A DNA stretch of 63,026 nucleotides, the filler included, from Diploschistes diacapsis (taxonomy: Eukaryota), in the NCBI GenBank assembly GCA_023645945.1. It is 6 parts of 6 records of this genome, joined end to end, with 100 filler letters (N's around TTAATTAATTAA, not from the genome) between each part and the next. Parts side by side here need not be neighbours in the genome. Positions count along the whole stretch, not along the records: positions 31,590 to 42,014 come from JALAIB010000927.1; positions 42,115 to 52,521 come from JALAIB010000928.1; 4 more parts are not named here. One strand, written 5' to 3'. The notes below the pieces were generated by a model. That model saw only the letters and a list, made by a program, of their open reading frames with translations. It did not search any database and was not told where the DNA came from. Below, one piece after another: positions 35,421 to 48,960 of this stretch (its first letter is position 1; every line of letters begins with the position of its first letter). The translations under genes were made by a program, and so were the position numbers.

Positions 35421-38400
35421 TCATAGTTGTTCTCTCAATATAGCAACTTTCGTAACGATCTCGTCGCGCAAGGCAGGCTTGTCTACTAGCTGTACCATTT
35501 TGAGGGACATCAGCGCAAGGCTCTTGCATCCAATGTCGTTCGCACAGCCAAAGCAATTCGTTGCAAGATTGAATGCGGAGATTACCAGCCATTCTAGCTC
35601 TTCTGCAGGATACGCCTCGGAATTGTTAGAAATTCGGATGTAAACAAGCGCAGCCTCTTACTGTTGACGAGGTACTGGCCAATTGGTAAGTTTGGTCGAG
35701 CAAAGTTTCTAGACCTGCTGAATATGATTCCTGGAGCAATAGGAAAAGGCAACGAATCCACCGAGAGATTCTGGCGAGATCCGCATTTTGAAGATGAATC
35801 GCGTTATTTAGAATTTCCTGAGACATTTAGCTTGGCATCAAAGCGTTACCAACAAGATTCGAAATGCCTCAAATATGGGTACAACGGCTATTTCCCAGAG
35901 TTAGCTTATTATCAAACAATCAGTTCACGTAATTGCTATTACCTCGCGTTGGGGTTTCAATAGAGAGGAGTAAATCACTCAGTAACGCATACGTTTCGAA
36001 ATTTTCTAGTACCTGAGCTTGCTGGTGGATAGTTAGCTGAGGACCGGGATGTCAGGGCCAAGTTTTGTTTCAACTTGCCTTTGCAGCGCCGAGAGCAGCT
36101 TGCCAATCTTGTAATCGCAAACATGCTTCGAAACGGGCGACAAACATTGTTGAAGCCTTGGGGAGCATAACGTGTTCGGCATTTTTCGCTAGATTTGCTC
36201 GCGAAGCAATGAAATTCGCAGCGAAATCTCTCCCATAAGCTTGAAGTTTCCGATAAAAATGCAGCTGAGGTAAAATGTCTGAGCAGTGGCAACTTTCGGG
36301 CAGAATGATTCGAAATACCTACCCGCGCATTCATACAGTCGGCATTGCGTGCAAGCCTTAGTAAAAGTGAGCCACACAAGTACAGGATGAGGACTTGTTG
36401 GGGTTTAGATTGAAAACATTTCCGAGGCTCGTACGCAGGCTCGCATGCGAGGGCCCAGTAACGAAAGAGCTGGATACTGTCAGAACTAAGCGGCCTTTTC
36501 TCTTTCCTTTGTTACCTCCAAGGAAAGTTCAGCCAAGCGCAGCGAACTCGTGAATGGTAACCGCTGCAGATTCTTTAGCACCTGGTCGTAGCTTGTTTTC
36601 CAGAACCACTCTAGTTCTTCTAATCTGAATAGACCGTTCCGTTGAATGTCCCTTGCACGTGTTGAAACTTTCAAGAGTCATGTGCCTTGCTTATCGGACA
36701 ACGGAATGGACTTACCTGTCTCAAATAGTGCGTGGAGATCGTCGAAGATTTTATCTCCATCTATGCCACCGGAATTGGATGCCGCCAGATCAAGAAGAAC
36801 ACAGATCGCACACCTAGCTCTTAGCCTCGTTTTTTGGGGTTCTGGCCATAGCTTCTACCTGTATATGGCTGTGGCCTCCGCCTGAGCATTTTCATTACTC
36901 ATAACCACGTGCAATGCGGACATAGCTTGGCCCCATTCTCCAGCTACATAAGCCTCGAAAAGGCAAGTGTAGCACATATTACCATTCCTGAGGTCTGAAA
37001 GCAAGATAGCTTTGAAGGAATCAACCACTATACATACAGTTAGTGAGATACTACTCTCTTCAATCAAAGCCAACTCTTTGTGACGCACAAGCAAGTTGAT
37101 CGTGAAACAGAAGCGCAACCTTATACAATAGGAACTGGGTGTTCCAGCTGGACTTCGTAGACTCTTCCAATTCCGGAACAATCGATAAAGCCCTGTGAAC
37201 ATCACCAGCGGCAATTGCGCACATGATAAGCCTCCTGTGCGTGGAGATATTAGTCAATGTCCATATAGAAACCACGAACAGGCGAGCTGTGTTCGAGTCT
37301 CGCATATGGCTTATTACCGCTGTAATCTGGCTTTGTTGGTTTCGCCAAAGCATCCAGAGAATTCTCGTAAGCCAAGCATGCACCAGCTACCGGCAACGCC
37401 AGGATTGATAGTTCCCTTATGTAACAATCTCCAAATCAGCTTAGAACTTCATTAGTGCCAGCATCATGTGAAAGTAAGCTCTGTGGTTACGCACCATCTG
37501 GCAGACTTTTGAGGCAGCAAAAGATACTCCACGCCCAGTTTGCTTGGTTATTCTGTTCAGCATGGTGCTTGTATCCATTACGCATTGTAGCGACTGCCAT
37601 TCAGCGGAGGTCTGGCTCCAAACCAGCAATACAACCAATCTCTCAATCCAACCCTGACATTCAAAGTCTCCCAATCTTTCGCTCAAGAACGTTCGCAATA
37701 AATCATGAGTTGGTCCGGGATGCGGAATTCTTAACACATATACATAATGCACTATCATGTCAAAGAGGGGCTGCGTGAGACGTGCTCTACACATGATCCT
37801 CGCCAGTCCGTTAAGAGGATGCTCACCGGCTCCTTCGTGTGTCGGTCCAAAAAGATCGAGGATTGCCAATGACCTCGGCAAGCTGCCGTTATCTAACGAT
37901 TCTGCGTCACGGGCTGACGCTAAAATTCGATCCATATCGTCCTGTTCGAGAGCTTCTCGAGGGATCCGTAACAACATATGCGATACTGCAAGCCTCAAGT
38001 CCAAGATCTGCTCACGAGAGAACCCCCTGCCGCTCAACCGGTCGAAGAATTGGTCTACCAGAGCAAGCCATTTGACAGCAGAACAAAATTTTTCGCTGGT
38101 GATAAGTTCTTCTACAAACTCAGTCACCACGGTGAAGAGGCTCTGCAGAAAAGTCGACCTTAAGGTGGAGCTTGTGGCTGTCAGTCTGCTCAACCAGGTC
38201 TCCGCGAGGTCTTGTCGAGCTTGCATCCAAGCCTAGAAAGCGGTTAACAGGGAAAAAACCGCCATAATGAGCATCAATACCAAGACGAGGCGGAGCAGCG
38301 TGTATTCGTTTGACAGTCTGTTGCGACTATGACGCAGATCCTCGGTTGAATTTCGCAGAGCCTCGTCATAAATTGCCGCCTTGTCCAAGAGACCCTGCGC

Positions 38401-39022
38401 GACGAAGGACTGCGCTTGCTCTGATTTTGCAATTAAGCTTCATTCATACAGTAATGCAGAAGAGTGTAGATAACATACTCAGACAGGACTTCGATGCCAC
38501 CAAGCATGCTTTTAGGGTTCTCAGGGAACCTTTGGATATGGTAAGATTCCCAAGACGGTGGAAAGTTGTAATGTCTGGATTACTCTTGTCTGAAGCATCC
38601 ACCGGACTGCAGATACAATGCAAAAGAAGTGCGGCGAAAGCTTGCACTAATTTGCATTTAGCTTGATCTATGAGGCTTCGACTGCTGACCTACAGAGACA
38701 CAATAATTGACCGCTCGCTTTATCTTTGCCGAGCCCCAACGACATATTCCAGATATTCACAGCTTGATCGTGCAAGGTTTCACGAATATTAGGGTCAAAG
38801 GTAGGCCCGCTAAGGAGAAAGTCGACGTAGGCATGGAGATCTATAGCCAGTGATGACTTAGGTTGAGAAGTAGGTGCATCTATATTGTTGTAGAGACGCT
38901 GTAGATATGCTTGTGCGGCAAATCGTCAGGTCTTTCCGCCAACTTGTGAACAGCCAGTACACACCATTGATGGTTTCGGGTGAGCAGTTTGCACCACGAT
39001 GCGATCTTAAATCCAGGGCCAT
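35421..39022 (-). CDS. SPO22: Meiosis-specific ZMM protein Spo22/Zip4 (TEX11 family, TPR), multi-exon; start approximate
   Basis: LHDQAVNIWN, RLVL|AWMQARQDLAE, WIERL, TQFLLYKVAL, EELEWFWKTSY and C-terminal YPAEELEWLVISAFN, all typical of fungal Spo22. Confidence 0.82.
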
Positions 39023-39322
39023 GGATCATCCTCTAGTGGTACAGAAGGAACGGGCGGATGGTAGATGTACCAGTGCAAGTGATTGAGAGGGGCATTGGGC
39101 TTACTTAGATAAACTTTTGCGTACTACTGGGTCTGTAGTAGTATAACACCTAGGTAGCATTATGCTACCTACTGGCCCAGACTAGTACTGTGCAACGCAT
39201 CAGGCATGTTCCGAGTCTCAAAGCCCAGCTATGGCAACTTAAACAAAGATAAAGTTAGCTCCATGTCAACAGGTGCCATCATGGAGTCACGATAGGTTCC
39301 CAGTATTTTGATGAGTGAGCTA

Positions 39323-41199
39323 CTATGCTAGCGATACAACGCTGTCATCGGTGGCCTGCTTTATGGGTAAGAAATTACCGATAATCAAAGACGGACTACG
39401 AAGGTGTCAGTCTCTGTTTGCTTCACATCAACATCGGACGGATAAGCTTACATATTATGCTCGTCACGGCGTATTGTGAAAGAGAAGCAGCAAGAAATCT
39501 CCGGGTCAGTAGCTCCGAGATCTGGATTTCTCAGGGAGCAACTAGTCAGCATTGCTTTCTGAGAACTATCGAAAGCTATGGCACCGAACTTTTCCCAGTA
39601 GCTCACAAGATGGTCTTCTACTATGACCTCGTGTATCGCCAATTTGCCCTACTTCAGTTAGCCACAAGACCTCGCAAGGAGCTGACGAGGCATGTCTGTA
39701 CATCTCTCAATCGTTCTATGGGAACATGAATCAGTTCTGCCATTTCTTTGTTGCCCCTAAAGATTTCTCCAGTTCTTCTCCAGCAACATGCCGGTATTGC
39801 CATACTAGCAAAGACCCGATCATATTCCATCAAGCACCTTTCAAACCACATCTCCACAAGTACAAGCTCTACGTCTTTCAAGCTCTGCATCCTTTCACGA
39901 AATTTTGGTCGAAATTTTTCTAGTTGTCTCAAGATCTTTTGTCGAGAAAGTGGCTGCATGTGTCGCTCCATGTATCGATTTAATTTCGCATAGCCTTTCA
40001 CGTAATTGAACGGTCGAAGCATCCCAGCATCGTACTTAGCCTGCAACAGTTTGTTGATTCTAGCATCGGGAGCATCACTCCCAGATGGGTCAGCGGCTGT
40101 CAAATAATAAGCTTCTTGAGCTTTATCAGTAGGCGCGACGCTCGAAGGACGGCAAATACTGCTCTCTTGCGTAGCAGGCGGACAGGCTAGATGCGCGGGC
40201 TGCTGCTGCGGTGCGACAAAGGCGGTTGATATTTCTGTAGTTATTGGTATGGTACTTGCGAGGGGGGACTGCTCCATATAGATCGTCCGGCCATCGTCTC
40301 CTGAGTACATGGCGCCTTCATCTAGCAAGCTGGTGCTGAGAAAATCGTTTAGTAGGTTATATTCGTTGGTAACTTCTGGAGCATTGAACATGTAGGAGGG
40401 ATGAAGAGTATGCATATCATGGAACTGGCTCTGGCCACCCATCCGCCAGTCATTGTAGTTTGAGCCTGGACACCATGCTTAGAAAATTGAAAGATATGAT
40501 GGTCAAGCTTATGCATAGGCGAGGGATTACGGACCTATGCCTTGTGTACTCATTGCGGCACTGGATGGTGAGTTATCTCCGACCACCGGTTGTGATGGTT
40601 TGATGTTGAGAGCAGTGTCGCGTAGGATGTCTCGTCCTCTGCGTTGCTCCGGCGGTAATTCTACGTGGGCACCGGATCTATCGTCGCGCTTAACAGACAC
40701 TTCGCCAGGTCCCGCTGTGTGACCTTGCTCGCCCCTCGATCGTTTGGACAGCTCACGAGGCTCATCATGGCACAGATGACCGATATTCCGTTTAACGCAT
40801 CTGGTACAGGGCCGCTGCTGTAGGTACGGATACCAACGTCAACGCAAAATACAGAAATCTTGTGGAACTCTCAACACACCAAGTCGCAGGTCATATGCTA
40901 GAGAACCAATCAACGTTAGTTTCGTTGTTGACGCAACGCTGTGTAAGGTACAGTGAACATATCGGATGACGCTGTGTAGCATCGGTTGTTGCATACCGAA
41001 CGTCTACAGTATAGGCATGCTAGCTCATAAAGTCAATCTATGTTGTGAGACAATAGAATTCCCATTGCTGACCGTGATTCACCTTCCTTCGTTTTGATTT
41101 AGGACTTGATGTTGAGGGTCCATCTGTGCTCCCGGACGATACACGTGGTGACTCGCCATCCTTCAAAGCTGCCGCGCCAAGACTTGTTTCATTATCCAT
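39323..41199 (-). CDS. acuM: Zn(II)2Cys6 transcription factor with PAS-like C-terminus (AcuM/Rds2, gluconeogenesis regulator)
   Basis: KRRKVNH|ACLYCRRS|HMTCDL|QRPCTRCVKRNIGHLCHDEPR, AADPSG, AKYDAGMLRPFNYVKGY, CCWRRTGEIFRGNKE, IIGNFLP. Confidence 0.9.
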
Positions 41200-41449
41200 A
41201 TCAAGGATTAATAGGTAGATCTAGTTCTGCTATAGCGATGTCAAATACTGTTAGGTAAGCGAGACGCTGTACAATTTAATGTTTGGCTGTCAACATTCCA
41301 ATCATGAACAAATTTGCAGAGACGCGATGAGGAAGACTCCAAGACATACAATTCAAGCCCAAAACAGCTTCAGCGTTTCTACGGGTAAGGGAGGGACGTG
41401 AGTCTTGAGATGCAGGCCTGTTAACGCCTGATTTCCAACAAATATAATA

Positions 41450-41740
41450 TACGTCAAGCCGTTCGTCTCAGGAAGATTACCTGCTCCGTTCACTCTCTGT
41501 ACAAATACTTTAGGGCTGACAATTATTTTACGTATAACTTATGTTAAGTTAAGTCCAATTTTTTTAAATCAGAATCCCAATAGCCTTTTAGGCCATAAGA
41601 GGTCAGATTATATAATATACCGAAATTCCAGGTATGACGTAAATATTATCAGATACAGTTTAGCACTGAAGAATAATCTGGGCTTAGATTTTATATAAAA
41701 TCTAACGCATAGTTCTACCGGATGGGCTGTTGGAAGTAAT
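41450..41740 (-). mobile_element. Possible degraded Ty1/Copia RT-RNaseH remnant
   Basis: Minus-strand fragments NLSPDY..YLRHTWNFGIL..LKGYWDSD resemble the Copia NP...H..RYL.GT..GI....L.GY.DSD region; AT-rich. Confidence 0.35.
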
Positions 41741-41875
41741 GGACGTTTCCTAATGAAAATAATAAGTGGCTAAGAAATATTCGGAGCTAATCCTAACTAG
41801 GAAATAATTCCTAGCCAGCCTAGCCTGTTTAGCTGACTATCGTTAAGAGATGTTATTGATGATGAATGTAATAAC

Positions 41876-42014
41876 TAGGCTGGCCGTCACGGACACTGAC
41901 ACGGCCGTATCCGTGGCACGGACACGGCCGTGGCAGTGTCCGTGTTTTAAAATTTTTAGCTGTAATATCCGTGTCCGTGCTTTTATTGCAGTGTAATATC
42001 CGTAGAAATATTTA
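41876..42014 (-). mobile_element. Third copy (terminus) of the hAT-type MITE family, truncated by the contig end
   Basis: Begins TAGGCTGGCCGTCAC, the reverse complement of the right end of 720-1341, followed by ACACGG/CCGTGT repeats. Confidence 0.8.
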
Positions 42015-42114
42015 NNNNNNNNNNNNNNNNNNNNNNNNNNNNNNNNNNNNNNNNNNNNTTAATTAATTAANNNNNNNNNNNNNNNNNNNNNNNNNNNNNN
42101 NNNNNNNNNNNNNN
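42015..42114. other. Artificial contig spacer
   Basis: N-TTAATTAATTAA-N. Confidence 0.97.
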
Positions 42115-44427
42115 CGATAAGAAGGCGAGGGGGGATGGAGGATAAGGGAACACGAGAGAAAATGAGGGGAAAGGAGGAAAATGGGGAGCAGCAACGAGGT
42201 TGAAAAAGGTGCAAAACCAAGGGAAATGCACAAGGAAGACGAGGAAGGAGAACGGAACGGAATAAGCGAAAGACTCACGGCTCGACAGTGACACACTGCC
42301 CCCTCCTCAGCGGCGTCGAGCGCGAGTATCCCGGCGTATCGTGCACGTCAAGACCAATATAATGCCCCACGTGGTGCGGAAACAGCGTGTCGAGATTCTG
42401 CGGCACCCTCCGCATCAGCTTCCGTTCCAACCGCCAGGGATCCCAGAAAGCACAATCAGCGCTTCCGCTCCCACCCGCAACATTTCCAAGCTGAACCCAG
42501 CCAATCCACTATTCCAGGAAAGACGGACACTCACCTTCCCCCTGACATCAAACCCCAGCCCCACCAACTCCCTCCTCAACCCCTCCTCCGCTCTGCCATG
42601 CAAGCCATCAAGCGAGATCCCTGCCTTCTCCGTACAGAGATCGACGCACTCGCGCTGGACGTTGAGCACGGCGTTGTACAGGTCGCGTTGTGCCGGTGAG
42701 TACGTGCCCGACACGGGAAAGGTGCGGGTTAGGTCTGTGATGTAGTGGCCCTTTTCGGCGCCGGCGTCGAGGAGGAGGAGGTCGTTTTTCCTGGCGGTGG
42801 TTCTTGCGGTCAGAGGTGCAATGAGGGAGCATATTAGATGTGAGGTAGAGGGTTGCTTAGAGGGGAATTGGGGAAATAGAAAGGGCGTATGATGTGAAAG
42901 GGAAAATTGCGAAGAGTGGCATGAGGATATGATATGAAATGTGGGGATGGGGAGGAGTAACAAAAGAGGAGAGGGTATAAGACATGGGGCGATACGTAGT
43001 AAAGAGAAAATGAGTAGGAGGGGAGGGAAAGAAACTAAGCGCAGTACTTACCCCAGCGCCGCATTGTTCTGCGTGTAGTGTATACTCAACGCATTCTACC
43101 CTCCCCAACGCATCCATCAGCCCTGTATATATCCAAGCATTTCCGTTCCAGGCATCTCCCCCCTTCAAGGGCAGGTACTCACCCTCCCGCCCGCAACAAC
43201 AGGCACATACGCCCCGCCCTCGCATCCCTGCCTCCTCATCTCATACTCCACATACGCCGCCACATCGCTCTCGTACTCCCATCCCGTCCTCATAACGCCC
43301 TGGAACACCCGCCCGCTCACCTGACCAATCTGCCTCATCAGCGTGATTTCCGCCTCACTTTTAAACACCCGCAGGTCGTGCACGAGCGGCGTCAGCGGTT
43401 TTAGGGCCGAAGGGGATATCGAGGAGAGGGGTCCGGTTTTCGTCGTTTCGGACGAAGAGGAGAGGGATGCGAGGAAGCGGCCGAAGATTCCGGGTATGGT
43501 TTTACCATTCGAGGTAGAGGAGGCGGAAAGGGGGATGTTGGTGTAGACGGAGGAGGCGGAGGAGAGGAGGGGTGGGAGAAGTGTAGGAAGGGAGTGGATG
43601 GAGCCGGTCTGATGGTCGTCAGTGCCGAGTGGAAAGGGAGGATGGAATGCAAGGAGGAACAAGAGCGAAGGCCGGAGTAGGGTACCTCATCGGCATTGAA
43701 CACGTCGGTCGCAGCATCCAGGCCCGACCGCGGCCCCTCCCATATCTCGGCCTTGGGGTCTTTGGGGCGGAGGTAGAGGTGGAAGATGTGGTCGTCTGGG
43801 TCCGAGCTCTTTTCTAGCTTCCGTCAGTTCCTCTTCACACGGACTCGTCCCAATGTGTGGTGTACCTATTACAGCCAGCGCCTCGGGCTCATTGAACCCT
43901 GTGTACCATCAGCCCCTGCACCGTCCCTCCTCTTCCTTCATTCTGGGCCCCTTAACGAGCAATTACCTACCGGTGAGGTAAAAGAAGTTCGACTCCTGGT
44001 GAAACGGGTAAAACACAGCGCCAGACTTGTACTTCAGCTCTGCCGCAGCCAGCAGCGCGATCGAATTGGGAGGCAGCTTGCGCGCGAGGCGAGTGCGGCG
44101 GTTGGCGTATTCGAGCGCAGAGATGCCGGGTGTTACTGCGACCGCTTGTTAGCTCTGTTTTGATCGAGGCCAAACGGGTATCGTACGCTCGCCAGGCTCA
44201 AGGAGTTGAGGGTGCGTCTCGTGCAGTGGCTGCCCGAATTGAAGCTCTGCGGCGGACACCTCGGTCACGTAGGAGCGCCGCGGGCGTAGCGAGCTTAGAG
44301 GCCGTAGCAAGCCCCGAGGGTCCAGACGCGGAGCGGCTCGACAAGCCGGACATAGCCATGCTGTTTGGGCAGACTGAGGAGAAGTTCCAAAGAGCTTGCG
44401 ACAACCGAGCAAGCTTCGCTGCTGCAT
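42115..44427 (-). CDS. ICP55: Mitochondrial intermediate cleaving peptidase 55 (Xaa-Pro aminopeptidase, M24B); 3' end truncated by the contig end
   Basis: Arg-rich presequence, [47 protein letters not shown]...[27 protein letters not shown]. Confidence 0.9.
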
Positions 44428-44949
44428 CGTTCACGAGATGGAGCTTGTTCGGCGACTCGAGGCGCAAACAGTTCGAAGATAATGGCGAAGGCAACTCGGC
44501 TACAGCCGGCTGTCAAAATTATGGTAACAGAGGTACAGGCTACAGCATAAGGGCCCGACTGTTACCGTATAGATAAATATTTCATTCCTCTCAATCTTAA
44601 GGGAAAAGCGGTATGCACTAACAGCTGGATTGGGCGCTAGAAGGTGTAGAAAACTTCCTGAGTCTTTGAATATAACCTCAAAGGCTGTTATTATGCTATG
44701 CTATGCTCCCAAAATCGCCATGAGCCTTATTCCTTTTCGATCTGCTGATAACCGATGCGCTTTCTTTGCTAGCTAGACACAGCAGCAACCCATCCACCAT
44801 GATACATGGGATAGCGTCGCCCGTGTCATATGTTCCAATGCTTCATACGCCGTGCTAATAGCAGAAATACTGGTGATGGTTCCAAAAGTGGAGTATATAC
44901 GTAAGCAAATGGGTATGGTAGGTGTGAAGTAGAATGTCGCTGTTAGGTT

Positions 44950-46774
44950 TTAGTCTTTCGAAGAATATGCTTCCCTCCGAAAGTGATTTCTTAGGTGGTC
45001 AAGGCTAGAGATGGTTTGTATGAATTCAGCGTCTTGCAGCTTTTGCAACGAAGCATACAAAGCGGCCGTGACGCTCGCAATGATGCAAAGAGGGTATAAG
45101 ACACTAATTGATAAGACGACATCATACATGCTCGCGACATGGGCGAGGGCGGATGTGAGCAACGCTGTTGTGAGCCATGGGAAGGACCCAAACAAGACTT
45201 ATTGCCACGTCAGCTTTTTTCAGTATAAAAATCATGAACACTCACTAATTGCAGCAGTCAGGAACACTGCAGACCTCCAACTGACAAGCGCTGAAAAGAC
45301 CAATACTAGGGGCCACTTCAGGGCCGCGATTAGCTGCACAAGGCTCGTGAGCCTAGGCATCGTGGCAACCAAGCCGCTCATCCGCAGTTCTATATCTTCC
45401 ACGCGGCTTCTTGTTTGCTCGATGCTGCTCACTACGGCTTCGATACTCGCAGTCATCGTCTCCTAAGGCAACATCAGCACTCGGTTGTTGCATAAGACAT
45501 GAAGATCCAATACTCACGACCAGTTCTGTAGCATTCGCGATAGCAGCTTTCAACTTCGTATCAACCATCTGTCCGATTTGGTCCTGTAGCTTCAGTACTT
45601 GCTCGCTCGTCCGGCTCAGCTGAAGCTCCTGAGCATGCGAGATTGAGCTAACGCCGTCATATATTGTTCTATGTGTGCTGACTATTGCGTCTCGAAGACC
45701 CTCGGCGTCATGAGCTCCATGTTGAACGATCTGTTCACCGTATTAGCAGTCTGCAGATAATACAGTTGCTCACTAACCGCCACCAAGCCCTCCGCTTCCC
45801 CCTGTGCCTCCCTCATCGAGACTGATAGCGCCCTCATCAGTTCCCTCGTCATGTCGCCGGCCTCCCTGGTCAACCATTTGAATATGTCACTGACCTCTCT
45901 TGCCGAGGCCTCCAGATCGCGAGCCAGCTGCGATCTAAAGCTGTTGACGTCTTGCATGAATCTCTGTTGCTCGCTTATTCGGTGTTGGTTATCGCTGAGG
46001 AAGTCATCGAGGGCCTTGGCGACCTCGCCATTTGCTGCAATCACTTCCTTGAGGCTCTTGGCATATTCTGCTGCTCTGGTTTCAGTTTCGACTTGAGCAA
46101 ACACATGTGAGGTGTCAACCTTGATCGAATCCAGGGCGCATGACTTTACACCATAGGTAAGCATCGCGACGATTGTTGCTGTAGCTTGTCCACCATTGAG
46201 ACTTCGAGTGTAGTGCGGAGATGCAGGTTTTCAGCTGCGATCTCCCAGCGTCGTCCAGGACAGTGGATAGTCCATCCGAGTCTGGCGGCAGCCGAAGTCG
46301 ACACGATTCAGGCAATTTAGTTGCTGCCCCTTCGAGCTCACACACCGCTAGATGAGCAGCGTACAAGTTCTGTACATTTTCGAGGTCTGTCTCATGGACG
46401 CCTATCTGGAGATTCTCGCAAGTAGTAAGTATTTTGACCGTGGCGACACGCTTGCATGTCGAGGACGACTCTATCACTGCCAGACGCCGCCGAGCTTCGT
46501 CAAAATAGTCGTGCTGATCGGCAACTGGGAGGTATTGATTTTCAAGGCCTGCCTCGGCCGTGGCGCCAGCAACCTCCAGGGATGGTCGCTGTATGTTTGC
46601 TGCTGCTGCAATCAGGTTCAAGCTTTGGCATTTATAGCACCACTCACAGCTAAGCCAGAGCATCGGATTAGGTGATCTCCAGTATGCTGCTGAAAGGGTC
46701 ACTGTGTTGAGCAAGACGATGAATTGCCATACGGTGCGCTGCGTGATATTCAACATCTTGAGGTTTGAGTGCAT
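44950..46774 (-). CDS. KAR5: Nuclear membrane fusion protein Kar5/Tht1 (Brambleberry/GEX1 family)
   Basis: Signal peptide, Cys-rich domain (SSTCKRVAT..C, YAAHLAVCEL, CISALHSKSQWWTSYSN..C), coiled coils and C-terminal TM helices. Confidence 0.85.
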
Positions 46775-47598
46775 AAACACAAGGTATTTATAATATGCGG
46801 AAGGATGAAGGAGAACGAGTCAATTGGACGGCTAAGAAGGGTTGAAGTATCGATGTGGTACCAAGACCAAGCTTGGTGAGTGATTGAAGTGAGATGACAG
46901 AGGGTAACGATGAGGGCGAGGCTTGCTCAGCCCGGAAGTGATGCCTTCGAGGACGAAGGCCCATGAGTCTTGATACTCGTGGTTCATTAAAGCGAAATAT
47001 TGCAGATATCAAAGTCGCCTATAGCCCTATAGGGCCTTTTGACTGCTCAGTCAATGGGAAGCTCCGGGGGAGATGAGAAAAGCGCAACAGGTAGAAAGAA
47101 CATTTCGAGACTATCTTATAAAAATTGGGTTTACCTAGTGACTTAGCACATGAAGATCGATTTAGCCCAGCGAAGAACTTCGAACATTTCCGACCCAAAT
47201 GAAGATCCGTCGACAGTGCCTTACCATGAGGCAATTATGGTGAAACGGCATCACGTGCTTCCTCATTTTTGCCGAAGATCATTAGGGTCAAATTGGAAAG
47301 GGTCAATGATTGATCTAACATCACAATAAGCATCTTTGGAGGTCAATACAGTGACTGTAAGTCCTCTGTTCGTAATCTTCAGCTTTGTGCATACAACCCC
47401 AAAGGTTTGTACCAAAAGTCGTCAGTCATTCACTTGAATGCAACGCAATAAATAATATCACAAGAGAAGCGAATTTCATGACAAAGACATTCTGCCCTAT
47501 CTGCCGTTTCCAATATCATCCCTGCGTGGGCTCGCCCAAACATGGCTTCAACTCTGGAGGCCTAGCGGCGCGCAAAAGTGCGATACTTGCATCACCAA

Positions 47599-48960
47599 TT
47601 AGGTGGAGAGGCTCTGGAGAGCAGAAAGATAAGCCTGGCCGGTAGCGCTCAAGTCACCATTGTCGAACAGAGGCCAAGCGTCACCAAGACCCTCGCCATT
47701 GCTGGGGCCATAGGCAATGACGCTGTCGTTGGCTTGAAGCCATGGGATGACCTCGGCGATGAAGCTGTTGATCTCGCCCTGGTCGCTGCAAGGCGTGAAG
47801 CCGTTGGTATCGTCGACGCAGGCGAGCTCGGAGATCCAGATTTTCTTGCCGTAAGTGCTTGCGTAGTACTCAACATCCTCCTGAACGCCTTGAAGGGAGT
47901 TCTTGTTGACGTGAATGTTGGTGACATCCCAATCAGCAGCACCTGCCTGCAGGAAGGGAGTGAGCCAGTCCTCGCTGTACTGCTTGCACATCGAAGGAGA
48001 ACCGAGGATGGTGCCCTGGTTGGCAAGGGGAGCGACAAGATCGTTCCACTGCGCAGCGCCGGTAGAAGGGTCGGAGATGTCGGAGGACATGGGGCAGTCA
48101 CAGTCAGGCTCGTAGAAACCCATCATGATCTTGGGAGCGTAGCTGGAAGTGTTGGTCTTGAATTCTGCAAGGCGCTGAGCATTGTTGGTATCGGAAAGGC
48201 AGCTCTGACCATCGCCCCAAAGCTATTGCTCTGTTAAGATTCATTACCTGAGTAGATCCTTCACGTGCTTACCATAGGCACACCGACAACGGTAACGCTG
48301 TCAGAGCCGGGCACGCTCGCAGCGTAGTCAGCTGTTGTCGCGGTGTAGTCAGAGTACCAGCCAATATGAGCCTGATTGAAGAGTCACGGTCAGCAAAGTG
48401 GTACGAATAGCATTGATCGAATCAACTCCGAGCATTGATGAGATACGTACCGCAAGTTTATCGAAGCCGGTCTGGTCATTGCTTGTAATATCAACAAATC
48501 CCGACAAGCCAGCCTTGATGCCATTGGAGGTATAGGGGTTTGGCCCTCCGGTAGTCTGGGAAGTTGTACTGCTCGAGGGAGACGGAGCAGCGCTGGAGAC
48601 CGAGGATGGGCTAGGAGCGGCAGAGGAAGAAGGGGCAGCGGGCACGCTGGTAGACGAAGAAACCGGGGCAACGGAGCTGGTGAGAAGCGAAGTGACGAGA
48701 GTGCTCACAGAGCTGGAAGTTGATAATGGGATTGAGATGAGCGTGGAGGAAGCGGCAGCACCAGTGCCAGTTGAATGATAATGGTGATGACTGTGAGTGT
48801 GTTGGCCCCAGTGAGGGTAAGAGGACGTGGTCTCGGGTTCTGGCGCTCCACACTCGTCGTCATCGTAGTCGTCCTTGTCAACCTCGTCACGGTATTGAAG
48901 GGGGGTAGAGTATGCTACGCGGGCCAGAGCGGCAGCGGCAAGAAACAGTGTGGCCTTCAT
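47599..48960 (-). CDS. Secreted GH128 (Glyco_hydro_cc/Asl1-like) putative beta-1,3-glucanase with Ser/Thr-rich linker
   Basis: Signal peptide, KAGLSG, IGWYSDY, MGFYEPD (acid/base Glu), LGSPSM, IWISELAC (nucleophile Glu). Confidence 0.8.

Noticed and set aside
35421..46774. SPO22 + KAR5 as a sexual-development gene cluster
   Set aside because: They are on different contigs separated by an artificial spacer.
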